From positions 11,308 to 75,307 of the forward strand of contig JAPHEF010000002.1 of the NCBI GenBank assembly GCA_029259535.1: a DNA stretch of 64,000 nucleotides, given 5' to 3'. The DNA comes from Candidatus Alkanophaga liquidiphilum. Lineage in GTDB: Archaea > Halobacteriota > Syntropharchaeia > Alkanophagales > B39-G2. Positions 8,471 through 18,094 of this stretch are shown here, one piece after another. The translations under genes and the position numbers were made by a program. Within the stretch, counting starts at the first letter, position 1, and each line of letters opens with the position of its first letter. Below the pieces are notes generated by a model. The model was not told the origin of the DNA and did no database searches. It worked only from the letters and a program-made list of their open reading frames with translations.

Positions 8471-9808
8471 ATGAAGATGATCGTGCATGACGTATTAAGG
8501 GCTTTTGAGAAGATAAATGGATATACCATTTTGGTAAAGGGTAGTCCGGGAACTGGAAAGACGACGTTTGCTGTGACGTTACTTGAAGAAGTATGCTCAA
8601 AAGGTGGCGGGAAAGGGGTTTACATATCCACACGGGTGGACCCGGAAACACTCTACAAACAGTTTCCGAGAATAAGCGAGTTCGTGCCTGCGGGGAACAT
8701 ATTGGATGCCACACAGTCGGAGTTCGTTGAGGACAAATCAAAGCATTTGAGATACGAGGATTTTGCAAGTTTCTTGCGTGCAGTTTTCACAAAAGTTGAA
8801 GAGAAGGACGTTTCCATCCTGATCGTCGACAGTTGGGATGCCATACACTCGCAAATAGGCGGCGACGCAGAAAAGCTGAACGTCTCGATGCTTGATATCG
8901 CTCGGAAAACCGAGACCAACCTTGTGTTGATAAGCGAGAAGGAGGAAGAGGAGAAGCTCGACTACCTCGTAGACTGCATCCTGCTGTTCAAGCAGGAGCG
9001 AGAGGACGAGAGACTCGTGCGGCGTGTATTTATCCAGAAGATGCGGGGTATCCCGATAAAAGAGCAGATGAACTTGTTCACTTTACATGACGGACGGTTC
9101 ACGCATGTCACTTCCAACATAGCGCTTGTGAGAGCAAAAAAGGAGAGAATACCTAACAAGGACGCGCTATTCTCCTCGGGCATAATGGCGCTCGATGACA
9201 TCCTCGGAGGCGGCTACCCGAACGGCGGCTTCATACTGCTCGAAGTGGCGAAGGAAAGCGTGGGCTTAGAAAGCTATTGGCAAATAGTATTGCAGACCGT
9301 TGCCAACTTCCTACACAACGACATGGGCGTCCTTGTCATTCCTGAGGAGGGTTTAGATGCGGAGTTCATTAAAGAAAGCATCGCCAACTACGTCGAGGAA
9401 GCCAAGATACGCAATGTGAAAGTAATAAACGCTGATGCGGGCAGCGACAACCTGTCCGAATACTTCAACAGTTATATGGAAGAATATAATAAGCTTAAGG
9501 GCAAGGGTAAACACTGTCTGCACGTCATCGGACTCACGAAGATGAATTTCTTTGACGAAAATGACGTGCGCGTGCACCTTTCCGAGCTTATAGTGCGAAA
9601 TCACCACAACGGAGACCTAATGATAGGATTAATGAGACCTTCGACGGTATTGAGCGGCGAAATAAAAGAAATGGCAAGCATCTATCTTAAAATGACACAG
9701 ATAGATGGCGTCGTGTGTATGTATGGGATAAGACCAAGGACTTGCATATACGGACTTTCTCAGGAATTGGGGGAGTTTTTAGAGATAAAACTCACACCCA
9801 TCGTTTGA
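8471..9808 (+). CDS. KaiC/GvpD-like RecA-superfamily ATPase, two domains (second degenerate)
   Basis: Walker A GSPGTGKT, Walker B LIVDSWD, KMRG; second domain SSGIMALDDILGGGYP lacks Walker A. Confidence 0.8.
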   Translation: MKMIVHDVLRAFEKINGYTILVKGSPGTGKTTFAVTLLEEVCSKGGGKGVYISTRVDPETLYKQFPRISEFVPAGNILDATQSEFVEDKSKHLRYEDFASFLRAVFTKVEEKDVSILIVDSWDAIHSQIGGDAEKLNVSMLDIARKTETNLVLISEKEEEEKLDYLVDCILLFKQEREDERLVRRVFIQKMRGIPIKEQMNLFTLHDGRFTHVTSNIALVRAKKERIPNKDALFSSGIMALDDILGGGYPNGGFILLEVAKESVGLESYWQIVLQTVANFLHNDMGVLVIPEEGLDAEFIKESIANYVEEAKIRNVKVINADAGSDNLSEYFNSYMEEYNKLKGKGKHCLHVIGLTKMNFFDENDVRVHLSELIVRNHHNGDLMIGLMRPSTVLSGEIKEMASIYLKMTQIDGVVCMYGIRPRTCIYGLSQELGEFLEIKLTPIV

Positions 9809-10259
9809 GGTCCCTTATTTTAATGGAGTTATTCCTATTATTGGCATTATTGGCATTTTTAGACGATTCTCCCTGCTTTGCCGCCCTCCTTTCTATAAGG
9901 GTCTTTATGCGGTCTTTTTCGGTCTTGCCCTCTTCTATCTCTTTTATTTTATCAAGGAACTCGAAGAGCGCCTTTGTGTATGGCGAGTCCTCGTTTATTT
10001 TTATGACCCTTGAGCGTCCGACAGTCACTTCTTTTAAGATTCCCGCCTTCAGCAGGTCTGAGACGACCTTGCGGACCGTGACGTGGCTCTTCCCCAACGC
10101 TTTCGTCAAGCCCGTGATATTGTCGAAATAACTCCCACCATTATAGAATAGCAGGATGGTCTTCACATGCGTGGGGCTTCCGAACATCTGCTTGATAACT
10201 TTCACATCCATGATTGTCCGTAACTTAGGATGATTTAAATATCTTTCTCTAATATTCAA
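9792..10259 (-). CDS. winged-helix transcriptional regulator
   Basis: ITGLTKALGKSHVTVRKVVSDLLKAGIL..VGRSRV wHTH pattern. Confidence 0.75.
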   Translation of the reverse strand: MNIRERYLNHPKLRTIMDVKVIKQMFGSPTHVKTILLFYNGGSYFDNITGLTKALGKSHVTVRKVVSDLLKAGILKEVTVGRSRVIKINEDSPYTKALFEFLDKIKEIEEGKTEKDRIKTLIERRAAKQGESSKNANNANNRNNSIKIRDLKRWV

Positions 10260-10331
10260 AAAAATGCAGCCCCATTTCTAATAAATTTTCAAACATAGAA
10301 AACTATTTTAATATAATCCTCACATTTTTGC

Positions 10332-11510
10332 GTGATGCCTCGTAAACTGATACTTATTCCATGCGCACTGATGCTTGTGGCTTTGCTCCAGCCTGCTTTC
10401 ACATACACAGGCGGCGGCATCGGCGGCGTTGACGACGAATACGTGACGAGCCTCGTCATCACGCCGGCGAACGCCACCTTATTCGCTGGAAACGTGCAGC
10501 AGTTCACTGCATTCGCAACCGTGCTTGTCGAAAATGGCACCGAGACGAAGGACGTGACGCATAAGGTCAAATGGCGAGCCACCATCGGCGAGATTGATGA
10601 AAATGGCGTATTCCGGGCGCGTAAAGCTGGCGTCGGCGTCGTAAAGGCGATATATGGCACCATGTGTGACGAGGCGAGGGTCGTCGTGGAGCACGGTCCT
10701 GTCCACACCATTGAAATCACTGTGGAGAACAAAACTGTCATAAGTAGAGGGGGCGTGCGGAAAAATTCAAGGGTCTTTTTCGGGTTAAAAGCTTACGACC
10801 GCGAGGGGAACCCTTTCCTCGTGCCCGAAGCTTGTTGGGAATGCGATGACCCAGAAATCGGGCAGGTAAGCGAGGGGATTTTTACGTTTAACCAGTCTAA
10901 CCCGCTCCTCTTCGACGTGGAGACTGGAGAGTTCAACAGGTCATATCTGAACGGCTCAATTCCGCCACCTGAGAACGTGACTGTCACGAGGGACGTGATG
11001 ATTACGGCGTGGGTCGCCTCTGATAAAAAAGCCTCTGTCGTCCTAACGTTGCATGCGGGAAGCGGCGTCGGCGACGACTACGTGACCACGAACGCCACCG
11101 AAGACCCTGAAGAAACAGCGAGCGTGGATGTTGTCCCGAAAATAATGGCGATTCAGGTTATTGCCGCCAATAACTGGGATTTCGGCACCGTATATCCGGG
11201 GACGCCCACCGGCTGGTCGCCCGTCACTTTTAAAAACATAGGGACGTGCGACGTCATCGTCACGATAAAGCCCCCTGCTGCCGACAGCATTTTCAAATAT
11301 TTGGAGTTTAAGGACGCCGCCGGCGACATTTATGACGTGAGCGCTTTCAGCATACTGCTTGAGACGCAGCCGATATATGACGAAATGGGCAGGATTATCG
11401 GATTCTCCTCTGAAGAGGTGACGGTGGACGTCAGGTTGAACTTGCCACCTTCTTACAACTATCCAGAAAGCGTGAAAGAGGCCATAACTTACGTGCTTTC
11501 AGCGGTTTAA
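10332..11510 (+). CDS. secreted Ig-like (Big_2-type) surface protein
   Basis: Signal peptide; VTSLVITPANATLFAGNVQQFTA Big_2 motif; C-terminal WDFGTVYPG..FKNIG beta domain. Confidence 0.75.
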   Translation: MMPRKLILIPCALMLVALLQPAFTYTGGGIGGVDDEYVTSLVITPANATLFAGNVQQFTAFATVLVENGTETKDVTHKVKWRATIGEIDENGVFRARKAGVGVVKAIYGTMCDEARVVVEHGPVHTIEITVENKTVISRGGVRKNSRVFFGLKAYDREGNPFLVPEACWECDDPEIGQVSEGIFTFNQSNPLLFDVETGEFNRSYLNGSIPPPENVTVTRDVMITAWVASDKKASVVLTLHAGSGVGDDYVTTNATEDPEETASVDVVPKIMAIQVIAANNWDFGTVYPGTPTGWSPVTFKNIGTCDVIVTIKPPAADSIFKYLEFKDAAGDIYDVSAFSILLETQPIYDEMGRIIGFSSEEVTVDVRLNLPPSYNYPESVKEAITYVLSAV

Positions 11511-11511
11511 C

Positions 11512-13230
11512 GTGGTTAAAATGAGCGGTGCGGCTCTAACTGGCGTGCGCAAAGCATTTTTAATGCTATTACTGGTTGTAGGCGTGCTGCTACTCGTCAC
11601 AGCGGTCCAGACTACGCAAGCTGCGAGCATAATAGTGCCCGAGGAGGTAAAATTTGAGAGGTGTTACGAAAATGCCGTGAGCCGCACTGTAGTGATTTCA
11701 AGCATGGATTACGCGGGTAGAGTGCGTGTGAGCGACTTCTGGGCGGAGTGCGGCGTGGCTGAAAGAAATCCGCTGTTGCATAACAAAAGCGCTGACGACG
11801 TTGGCATTTCCATAACCTACGATGAAGAATTTTACATCTCAGAAATGCAGACCTACAGCCTGACCGTGAGCGTCAGCGCTGCGTCTCCGGACATTTATCA
11901 CGGCATGCTGCTCTTCGAGCCGCTGGACGCTGCCGGCGACATCATCATTGCAAGGGCGGTCTGGCTATTCGTAGACGCCCGTGCCGTCGTTCTTCAACAG
12001 CCGGAGTCCCCCACGAACAAAACGGACGTTGAAATCCAAGGACTCGCTCCTCGCAACACGTGCATCGAGATTTACGTGAATGCCGAGCTTGTGAACGTCG
12101 CCAGCTCCGACGAACATGGGAATCTCTCTGCGAAAGTGTCCCTTTGCGAAGGCACAAACGAGATATTCGCTAAAATTTCCGACGTGAACGTAACGTCAAA
12201 CGTCGTTACCGTGAAGTGTGATACCACTCCGCCAGAGCCGCCGAAGCTCGACGAGCCGCCTTCACCGGTATATAAAGAAGAAATAGAAATCACGGGGACG
12301 GCAGAGCCATATACCACTGTGAAAATTTTCATTAACGGCAACGTAAGCGGCGAGGCTCTGGTAGTGGCTAGCGGGCGGTTCGAGCTGGAAGTCACGCTTG
12401 TCAGAGGCAACAACACGATAACGGCTATTGCGGTCGACGACGCTGACAATCCGAGCAACGAATCGGCGCCCGTCTTCGTCGAATACAAGGAACGACCGAA
12501 AATAAGGTTAAGCGCAAACCGCACGGTGCTGCCGGCGAACGCCACTGCCTTACTGACCGCAACGATTTATGAAGGCGACGCCGTCGCCGCCTTGAACATA
12601 AGTGTGAAGTTCGAAGTATCCGGAAATGCAACGCTCTCGGCATACGAGGTAAACGCAACTAACGGAAAAGCTACAACTGAAATGCGAGCTACCAACGCCG
12701 GTGGCGGAAGTGTCACCATCACAGCGTCCTCGCCGGAAATGCCAGAAATTGAAAAGGGTTCCATAACGGTTACTTTCACTCCAAGCGAGGAACATGTTGA
12801 ACCAGAGACCCAGCCGTCCACAAACCAAACAGAGCCCCTCGAAAATACAATGTTCGCCGAAAACGCAACAGCGGCTGAAAACGCAACGAATGCCACCTCC
12901 AACGACGGCGAAGAGTCATCTTTCGCTGCATCCAATTTCGCAGCTTACAAGAAATCTTGGATTGCAGCACCTGCCGCCGTCATTGCTGTGGTTGCCGTTG
13001 TTATCTTTTTGTTAATGCGTCGGAATATTAAGGCTGAAAGCGAGACGGGAGGCGACATTAAATCAACATGGTCCGTTCTAAATGCCAATAGGAACAAGGA
13101 CGGCACGTACACGCTTAAAGTCAGCAAGGACGGCAAAGAAACCACGATACGAATAAGCAAAGCCTCTTACAAAAAGCTGAAGAAACAAGGTGGCTTGGAC
13201 ATCGGGGGACATTTTTTAAAACTTTTGTAA
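11512..13230 (+). CDS. membrane-anchored multi-Ig-domain surface protein
   Basis: Signal peptide, bacterial Ig-like repeats (ITGTAEPYTTVKIFING; DDADNPS), Thr/Asn linker, C-terminal TM helix. Confidence 0.75.
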   Translation: MVKMSGAALTGVRKAFLMLLLVVGVLLLVTAVQTTQAASIIVPEEVKFERCYENAVSRTVVISSMDYAGRVRVSDFWAECGVAERNPLLHNKSADDVGISITYDEEFYISEMQTYSLTVSVSAASPDIYHGMLLFEPLDAAGDIIIARAVWLFVDARAVVLQQPESPTNKTDVEIQGLAPRNTCIEIYVNAELVNVASSDEHGNLSAKVSLCEGTNEIFAKISDVNVTSNVVTVKCDTTPPEPPKLDEPPSPVYKEEIEITGTAEPYTTVKIFINGNVSGEALVVASGRFELEVTLVRGNNTITAIAVDDADNPSNESAPVFVEYKERPKIRLSANRTVLPANATALLTATIYEGDAVAALNISVKFEVSGNATLSAYEVNATNGKATTEMRATNAGGGSVTITASSPEMPEIEKGSITVTFTPSEEHVEPETQPSTNQTEPLENTMFAENATAAENATNATSNDGEESSFAASNFAAYKKSWIAAPAAVIAVVAVVIFLLMRRNIKAESETGGDIKSTWSVLNANRNKDGTYTLKVSKDGKETTIRISKASYKKLKKQGGLDIGGHFLKLL

Positions 13231-13350
13231 AAAATTCTTCTTATTCGTTAAATAATTTGATTATTTTGAAATAAAATCTTCAATGAAGGGAAAATACTTT
13301 AGTATGATGGCGTAATTCATTGTCGTTAATTTGAAAGTGGGGGTGAGAAC

Positions 13351-14010
13351 ATCCGAAAGGATATAAGAAGTGGACGAAGGCGTAGGAAAGGCTTTACGGG
13401 GCTGGAAGCAGCGATCGTATTGACGGCGTTCGTCGTCGTCGCCGCCGTCTTCAGCTACGTCGTCCTCAACGCCGGCTTCTTCACCACCCAGAAGAGCAAA
13501 GAGGTCGTCCACACCGGCGTCGAACAAGCCACCTCCAGCATCGAACTGACCGGTGATGTCGTGGGTTACGGCTGGACTTATAACAGCACTGCGGAACGCT
13601 ACGAAAACACGCTCGGCACAAACCTGACTGTCGTCAAGTTCTACTTGGAACTAACCGCCGGGCAGAACCCTATGGACATGGACGGGCTTGTAGTCTCCTA
13701 CACCGATAAAGACACGCACGTCGGCAATCTCACGTATAACGCAAGCGCCACAGGCACCAGCATGACAGGCAGCACTCTTGGGATGAAGATGGGCGAATGG
13801 CATTATTCCATCATAACAACGGCAGGATACGGCGACAACGATAATCTGCTCGAGCGGGGAGAGAAAGCCGAAATAACCGTTACGCTACCGGGCTATGGCG
13901 TCACGACGGATGAGCAGTTCATAATAGAGGTCAAACCCGCAAGCGGCGCAACAATCTCAATAACGAGGAGCGCACCGTCGTCTATAGACAAAGTGATGAA
14001 CCTGCATTGA
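13351..14010 (+). CDS. flaB: archaellin 1 (no canonical start codon; ATC after RBS)
   Basis: Class III signal peptide RRRRKG/FTGLEAAIVL in frame upstream of the 13420 ORF. Confidence 0.85.
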   Translation: MRKDIRSGRRRRKGFTGLEAAIVLTAFVVVAAVFSYVVLNAGFFTTQKSKEVVHTGVEQATSSIELTGDVVGYGWTYNSTAERYENTLGTNLTVVKFYLELTAGQNPMDMDGLVVSYTDKDTHVGNLTYNASATGTSMTGSTLGMKMGEWHYSIITTAGYGDNDNLLERGEKAEITVTLPGYGVTTDEQFIIEVKPASGATISITRSAPSSIDKVMNLH

Positions 14011-14022
14011 GGAGGTGGATGG

Positions 14023-14754
14023 ATGAGAAAAAATATTTTTAACAACAAGAGGGGCTTTACGGGGCTGGAAGCCGCAATTGTATTGACCGCGTTCGTGGTG
14101 GTTGCTGCGGTTTTCAGCTACGTTGTGCTGAACGCCGGCTTCTTCACCACCCAGAAGAGCAAAGAGGTCGTCCACACCGGCGTCGAACAAGCCACCTCCA
14201 GCATCGAACTTGCTGGAACGGTCATTGGGCATGGCTGGGAGTATGGTGAGGTCGTCGGAAGCATCACGGGAACTACGAACGCCGTTGTCGGAACGTGGAA
14301 CCGCAGTACCTACACGAATCCCGACAACTACACAACGTACTGGTCATACTACGCGTGGAACGATACGAACAAGACGCAGCTCGACTCCACGAACCTGACG
14401 GTGGTAGAGTTCTACATTCAGCTAACAGCCGGGCAAAATCCGATAGCGTTGAACAAGCTGACGATAGCATACACCGATAAGGAACTGCACGAGGGCAATC
14501 TCACGTATTGCGCTTATGGAAACGCCTCTAAAGGGAACATGACGATGGGCTGTTGGAATTACACGATGGTCCAAGGGGATTCTGATAACTTGCTGGAGGC
14601 AAACGAGCAGGCGAAAATCATAGTTTCGCTGCCGGACTACGGCGTCACTGCGAACAAAGAATTCACGATAGAAGTGAAGCCAGCATCTGGAGCGTCCATT
14701 GCGATAGTGAAAAGAGCGCCAGTCTCCATACACAAATCGGACCCGCTGTATTAG
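14023..14754 (+). CDS. flaB: archaellin 2
   Basis: KRG/FTGLEAAIVLTAFVVVAAVFS. Confidence 0.95.
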   Translation: MRKNIFNNKRGFTGLEAAIVLTAFVVVAAVFSYVVLNAGFFTTQKSKEVVHTGVEQATSSIELAGTVIGHGWEYGEVVGSITGTTNAVVGTWNRSTYTNPDNYTTYWSYYAWNDTNKTQLDSTNLTVVEFYIQLTAGQNPIALNKLTIAYTDKELHEGNLTYCAYGNASKGNMTMGCWNYTMVQGDSDNLLEANEQAKIIVSLPDYGVTANKEFTIEVKPASGASIAIVKRAPVSIHKSDPLY

Positions 14755-14764
14755 GGGGTGGAAA

Positions 14765-15322
14765 ATGAGGGCGAAATTGAAATTTAAGAATAAGAAGGGC
14801 TTTACGGGGCTGGAAGCAGCGATCGTATTGACGGCGTTCGTCGTCGTCGCCGCCGTCTTCAGCTACGTCGTCCTCAACGCCGGCTTCTTCACCACCCAGA
14901 AGAGCAAAGAGGTCGTCCACACCGGCGTGACGCAAGCCACGTCGTCCGTCGAGTTGCTCGGCGATGTTATCGCTTATGGGAACACTACCAGCGGTAAGGT
15001 TGTGAACATAACCTTCACGTTGGCATTGACAGCCGGGCATCATCCCGTGGATTTGACTCCCGGGAAAACCGTTATCTCCTACTACGACGCCGATAGATAC
15101 GTGAACAACGCTACATGGACGCTCACGTTCGTCGGGGACCAGGAAACGGTGGACAACATTTTGGAGTTTGGAGAGAAGGCGGAGATAAGCGTGAATACGT
15201 CGGATTATACCTTGGAAAGAAACGAGCAGTTCACCATAGAAGTGAAGCCGCCAGAAGGTGCGACGCTGGCTATAACGCGAACGATACCACCAAGTGTTGA
15301 CACTGTGATGAATCTGCACTAA
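14765..15322 (+). CDS. flaB: archaellin 3
   Basis: KKG/FTGLEAAIVLTAFVVVAAVFS. Confidence 0.95.
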   Translation: MRAKLKFKNKKGFTGLEAAIVLTAFVVVAAVFSYVVLNAGFFTTQKSKEVVHTGVTQATSSVELLGDVIAYGNTTSGKVVNITFTLALTAGHHPVDLTPGKTVISYYDADRYVNNATWTLTFVGDQETVDNILEFGEKAEISVNTSDYTLERNEQFTIEVKPPEGATLAITRTIPPSVDTVMNLH

Positions 15323-15358
15323 CTATTTTTCTTTTTATTTTTTACTTGGTGATGCGCT

Positions 15359-16246
15359 ATGGGTGGTGAGATAAAAGTAACAAATCTTGGTCATTTGGAA
15401 GAAGAAATGAAGCTTCTAAAGGGGGAAATTAAGAAGATACTCATAGACATTCGGGAGATCATGAACAACTTAGAGAATCCTTTTAGAAATATGGAAGTGA
15501 TAAAAGAGATGATAATGAGCGATGAACGAATAGAGGTATTGAAGAATGACATTCTTAAGAAGATAAAAGAAGGATACATAAAACCTGAGGTTGATTTGGA
15601 CAGATTTAAGGAGGAGATATTAGAAAAAATTGAGGAGGAGGCGAAAGCGAGGCTGAAAGAAGTTGTTAAAGATGCTCAAGTGAAAGAAATTTCGCCGGAG
15701 GCACTGGAGGCGGTGAAGGAAGAGATTATTAACGAGCTAACAGAGAGTTTGGAAAAGTTCGTGGAGGAGAGGTTAAATGCTGCTATGGAGCAAGTGAGGG
15801 CCGATGTGTCGAGTGCCGAAGAGCTGAAAGAGGAGATTGAGAGGGCGAGGGAGCGTCTAAAAAAGGAAGTGGGCAGAGACCTAAGCCACGAAGAGGAGAG
15901 GGCGTCGCCTACGAGAGAAGAGCGTATGGCTATTTTGAGGGGTAGGGCGTTGGAGTCGGGGATTGACGTTCAGAAATTGACTGAGCTCATGCTCTGGACG
16001 GACAGAATGCTTTCAATTATAGGACGGGAGCAGCTGAGCCGCATCCTTGAAATCTACACGCTCACCGGGAACATGCCTGAGAGCGTCAAAGAGCTTATAT
16101 TAAAGATTTCAGAACTTTCGGATAAGACTCCCAAGCGAGAGGTAAGCATGAGGGATTGCATACTTGCGGTCTACCATCTTAACAAGGTATTACGGGATGA
16201 AGGGCCTGACCCTTTGATATTATCGATGCTTGAGTGGGGGGAGTGA
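15359..16246 (+). CDS. archaellum accessory protein FlaC/D/E-like
   Basis: LKGEIKKILIDIREIMNNLENPF N-terminus, coiled-coil middle, FlaD/E-like C-terminus; operon position. Confidence 0.7.
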   Translation: MGGEIKVTNLGHLEEEMKLLKGEIKKILIDIREIMNNLENPFRNMEVIKEMIMSDERIEVLKNDILKKIKEGYIKPEVDLDRFKEEILEKIEEEAKARLKEVVKDAQVKEISPEALEAVKEEIINELTESLEKFVEERLNAAMEQVRADVSSAEELKEEIERARERLKKEVGRDLSHEEERASPTREERMAILRGRALESGIDVQKLTELMLWTDRMLSIIGREQLSRILEIYTLTGNMPESVKELILKISELSDKTPKREVSMRDCILAVYHLNKVLRDEGPDPLILSMLEWGE

Positions 16247-16248
16247 GG

Positions 16249-16722
16249 GTGTCGGAAAGTGTTATAACTGCGGCAATCCTCACTATCGCCTCCGTCATAT
16301 GCGCCGTTGCTCTGATAAATGTTTTATATCCCTCGGTGGTGAGCGTTGGTGGCTCGTTCATAACAACTTCTTCTAAATTGAGCGATAAAATAAAAAGCGA
16401 TATAGAGATAATAAGCGAGGGGAATACCACTGATGTTGTTTACGTATGGGTAAAAAACGTAGGGAAAACCGAAATTCCACAGGTTGATAATTCGGACTTG
16501 TTTTTTGGGCTCGTAGATGATTTTCAAAGAGTAACTTATGACGAAAGCCTCTCTACGTCGCCAAGCTGGAATTTTACCATTGAAAATGACGACGGCGACG
16601 GGCGTTGGGACGTGGGCGAGACCATAAAAATTACAATCAACCAAACGGCAACGCCTGGGGATTATTATGTCAAATTTGTGATTTACAACGGTGTTTCGGA
16701 TGAAGATTTTTTCTCGATATGA
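16249..16722 (+). CDS. flaG: archaellum protein FlaG
   Basis: VWVKNVG, WDVGETIKI, YNGVSD motifs. Confidence 0.85.
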   Translation: MSESVITAAILTIASVICAVALINVLYPSVVSVGGSFITTSSKLSDKIKSDIEIISEGNTTDVVYVWVKNVGKTEIPQVDNSDLFFGLVDDFQRVTYDESLSTSPSWNFTIENDDGDGRWDVGETIKITINQTATPGDYYVKFVIYNGVSDEDFFSI

Positions 16723-16736
16723 GGTGATGCCGGGTA

Positions 16737-17243
16737 ATGGGCTTCGGGGCTCTAATCGCAACGATAGTCGCCATGACGCTTCTGGTCTCTGCGATGTATG
16801 TATTTGTGGCAGGGGGGCATTTCATGAGTGAGACGTTGAACTGTGCGGTAAAGGAGATGCAATCGTTGAAAGGCGAGCAGATGCGGACGAAAATTGAAAT
16901 ATCAGATGTTAATATCTCAAGCAATACCGACATGAACGTCACTATTAACAACACAGGCGAGGAAAGGATTAGGGAATTTTCAAAAATGGACGTCATCGTC
17001 TCCTATTATTCGCAGCGAGGAAAGGAGGTGCGGTGGTTGCCATACACGCAGAGCACACCGCCGAAAAATGATACGTGGGCAGTTGTTAAAATACGTCCTG
17101 ATGAAATGAACCCCGGAATCTTAGACCCCGCCGAGGCACTGAACATATGGATAAGATTAAGCTCACCGCTGGATACGAATAAGAGCGGCTGGCTCGTCGT
17201 TGCCACGCCGAACGGCGTTAAAACGTCTTCATACCTCGGGTGA
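16737..17243 (+). CDS. flaF: archaellum protein FlaF
   Basis: MGF start, INNTG, NPGILDPAE, ATPNGV. Confidence 0.85.
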   Translation: MGFGALIATIVAMTLLVSAMYVFVAGGHFMSETLNCAVKEMQSLKGEQMRTKIEISDVNISSNTDMNVTINNTGEERIREFSKMDVIVSYYSQRGKEVRWLPYTQSTPPKNDTWAVVKIRPDEMNPGILDPAEALNIWIRLSSPLDTNKSGWLVVATPNGVKTSSYLG

Positions 17244-17998
17244 TGACGATGGGGATGGAGGGCTTTGACGAGGAAGAGCTTGAGGATGTGTATAAAAACA
17301 AGAAAGTGCTGTCCACCGGAAATTCGGAGATTGATAAGAAGATGGGTGGCGGCATCCCCGTAGGCTCGCTCACGCTCATAGAGGGTCCGAATGACAGTGG
17401 GAAGAGCGTGCTTTCACAGCAAATCATGTGGGGCGGACTCCAGCAGGGCTTCACTATGGCTTATTACACTACGGAAAACACGGTCAAGAGTTTGATAAAG
17501 CAAATGGAGAGCCTCTCCTTAGACATCTCCGACTACTTTATCCTTGGAAGAATCAAAATATTCCCGATTCACCTGAAGGGCATAGAACTGAGCTTTCCGC
17601 TCCTCGAATACTTGCTGAAAAGCATGAAGGTCTTGGAGGAGGAGGTCACGATAATAGACTCACTTACTGTGTTCTTAACGACTTTAGAGCACGCAGAGTC
17701 CTCAGAATCGGATATTATTAACTTCTTTGCAAGTTGCAAGAGTTTGTGCGACGAAGGCAAGACTATCTTAATAACGGCGCACGAATACGCGTTTTCAGAG
17801 GAGTTGCTCGTTAGGATACGCTCGATTTGCGACGGACACATCCGCCTTAGAATAGAGGAGGTCGGGACGCAGCTCATGAAGACGATGGAGGTTGCGAAGA
17901 TGCGTGGCGCTGACAGGACCACCGGCAACATTATCAGCTTTGACGTAGAGCCGGGCTTCGGCTTGCGTATCATCCCGATTTCGCGGGCGAAGGCTTGA
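17240..17998 (+). CDS. flaH: archaellum ATPase FlaH
   Basis: STGNSEIDKKMGGGIP, EGPNDSGKS, FDVEPGFG. Confidence 0.92.
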   Translation: MMTMGMEGFDEEELEDVYKNKKVLSTGNSEIDKKMGGGIPVGSLTLIEGPNDSGKSVLSQQIMWGGLQQGFTMAYYTTENTVKSLIKQMESLSLDISDYFILGRIKIFPIHLKGIELSFPLLEYLLKSMKVLEEEVTIIDSLTVFLTTLEHAESSESDIINFFASCKSLCDEGKTILITAHEYAFSEELLVRIRSICDGHIRLRIEEVGTQLMKTMEVAKMRGADRTTGNIISFDVEPGFGLRIIPISRAKA

Positions 17999-18094
17999 TT
18001 CCCAGACAAGAAGCGTCGCCAGATTCGTGCGGGGGAGGGACGCAGACCGCTCGCCACGAGTCGGTATTAACTTAAAAACGGCGTTAGAAAGATT

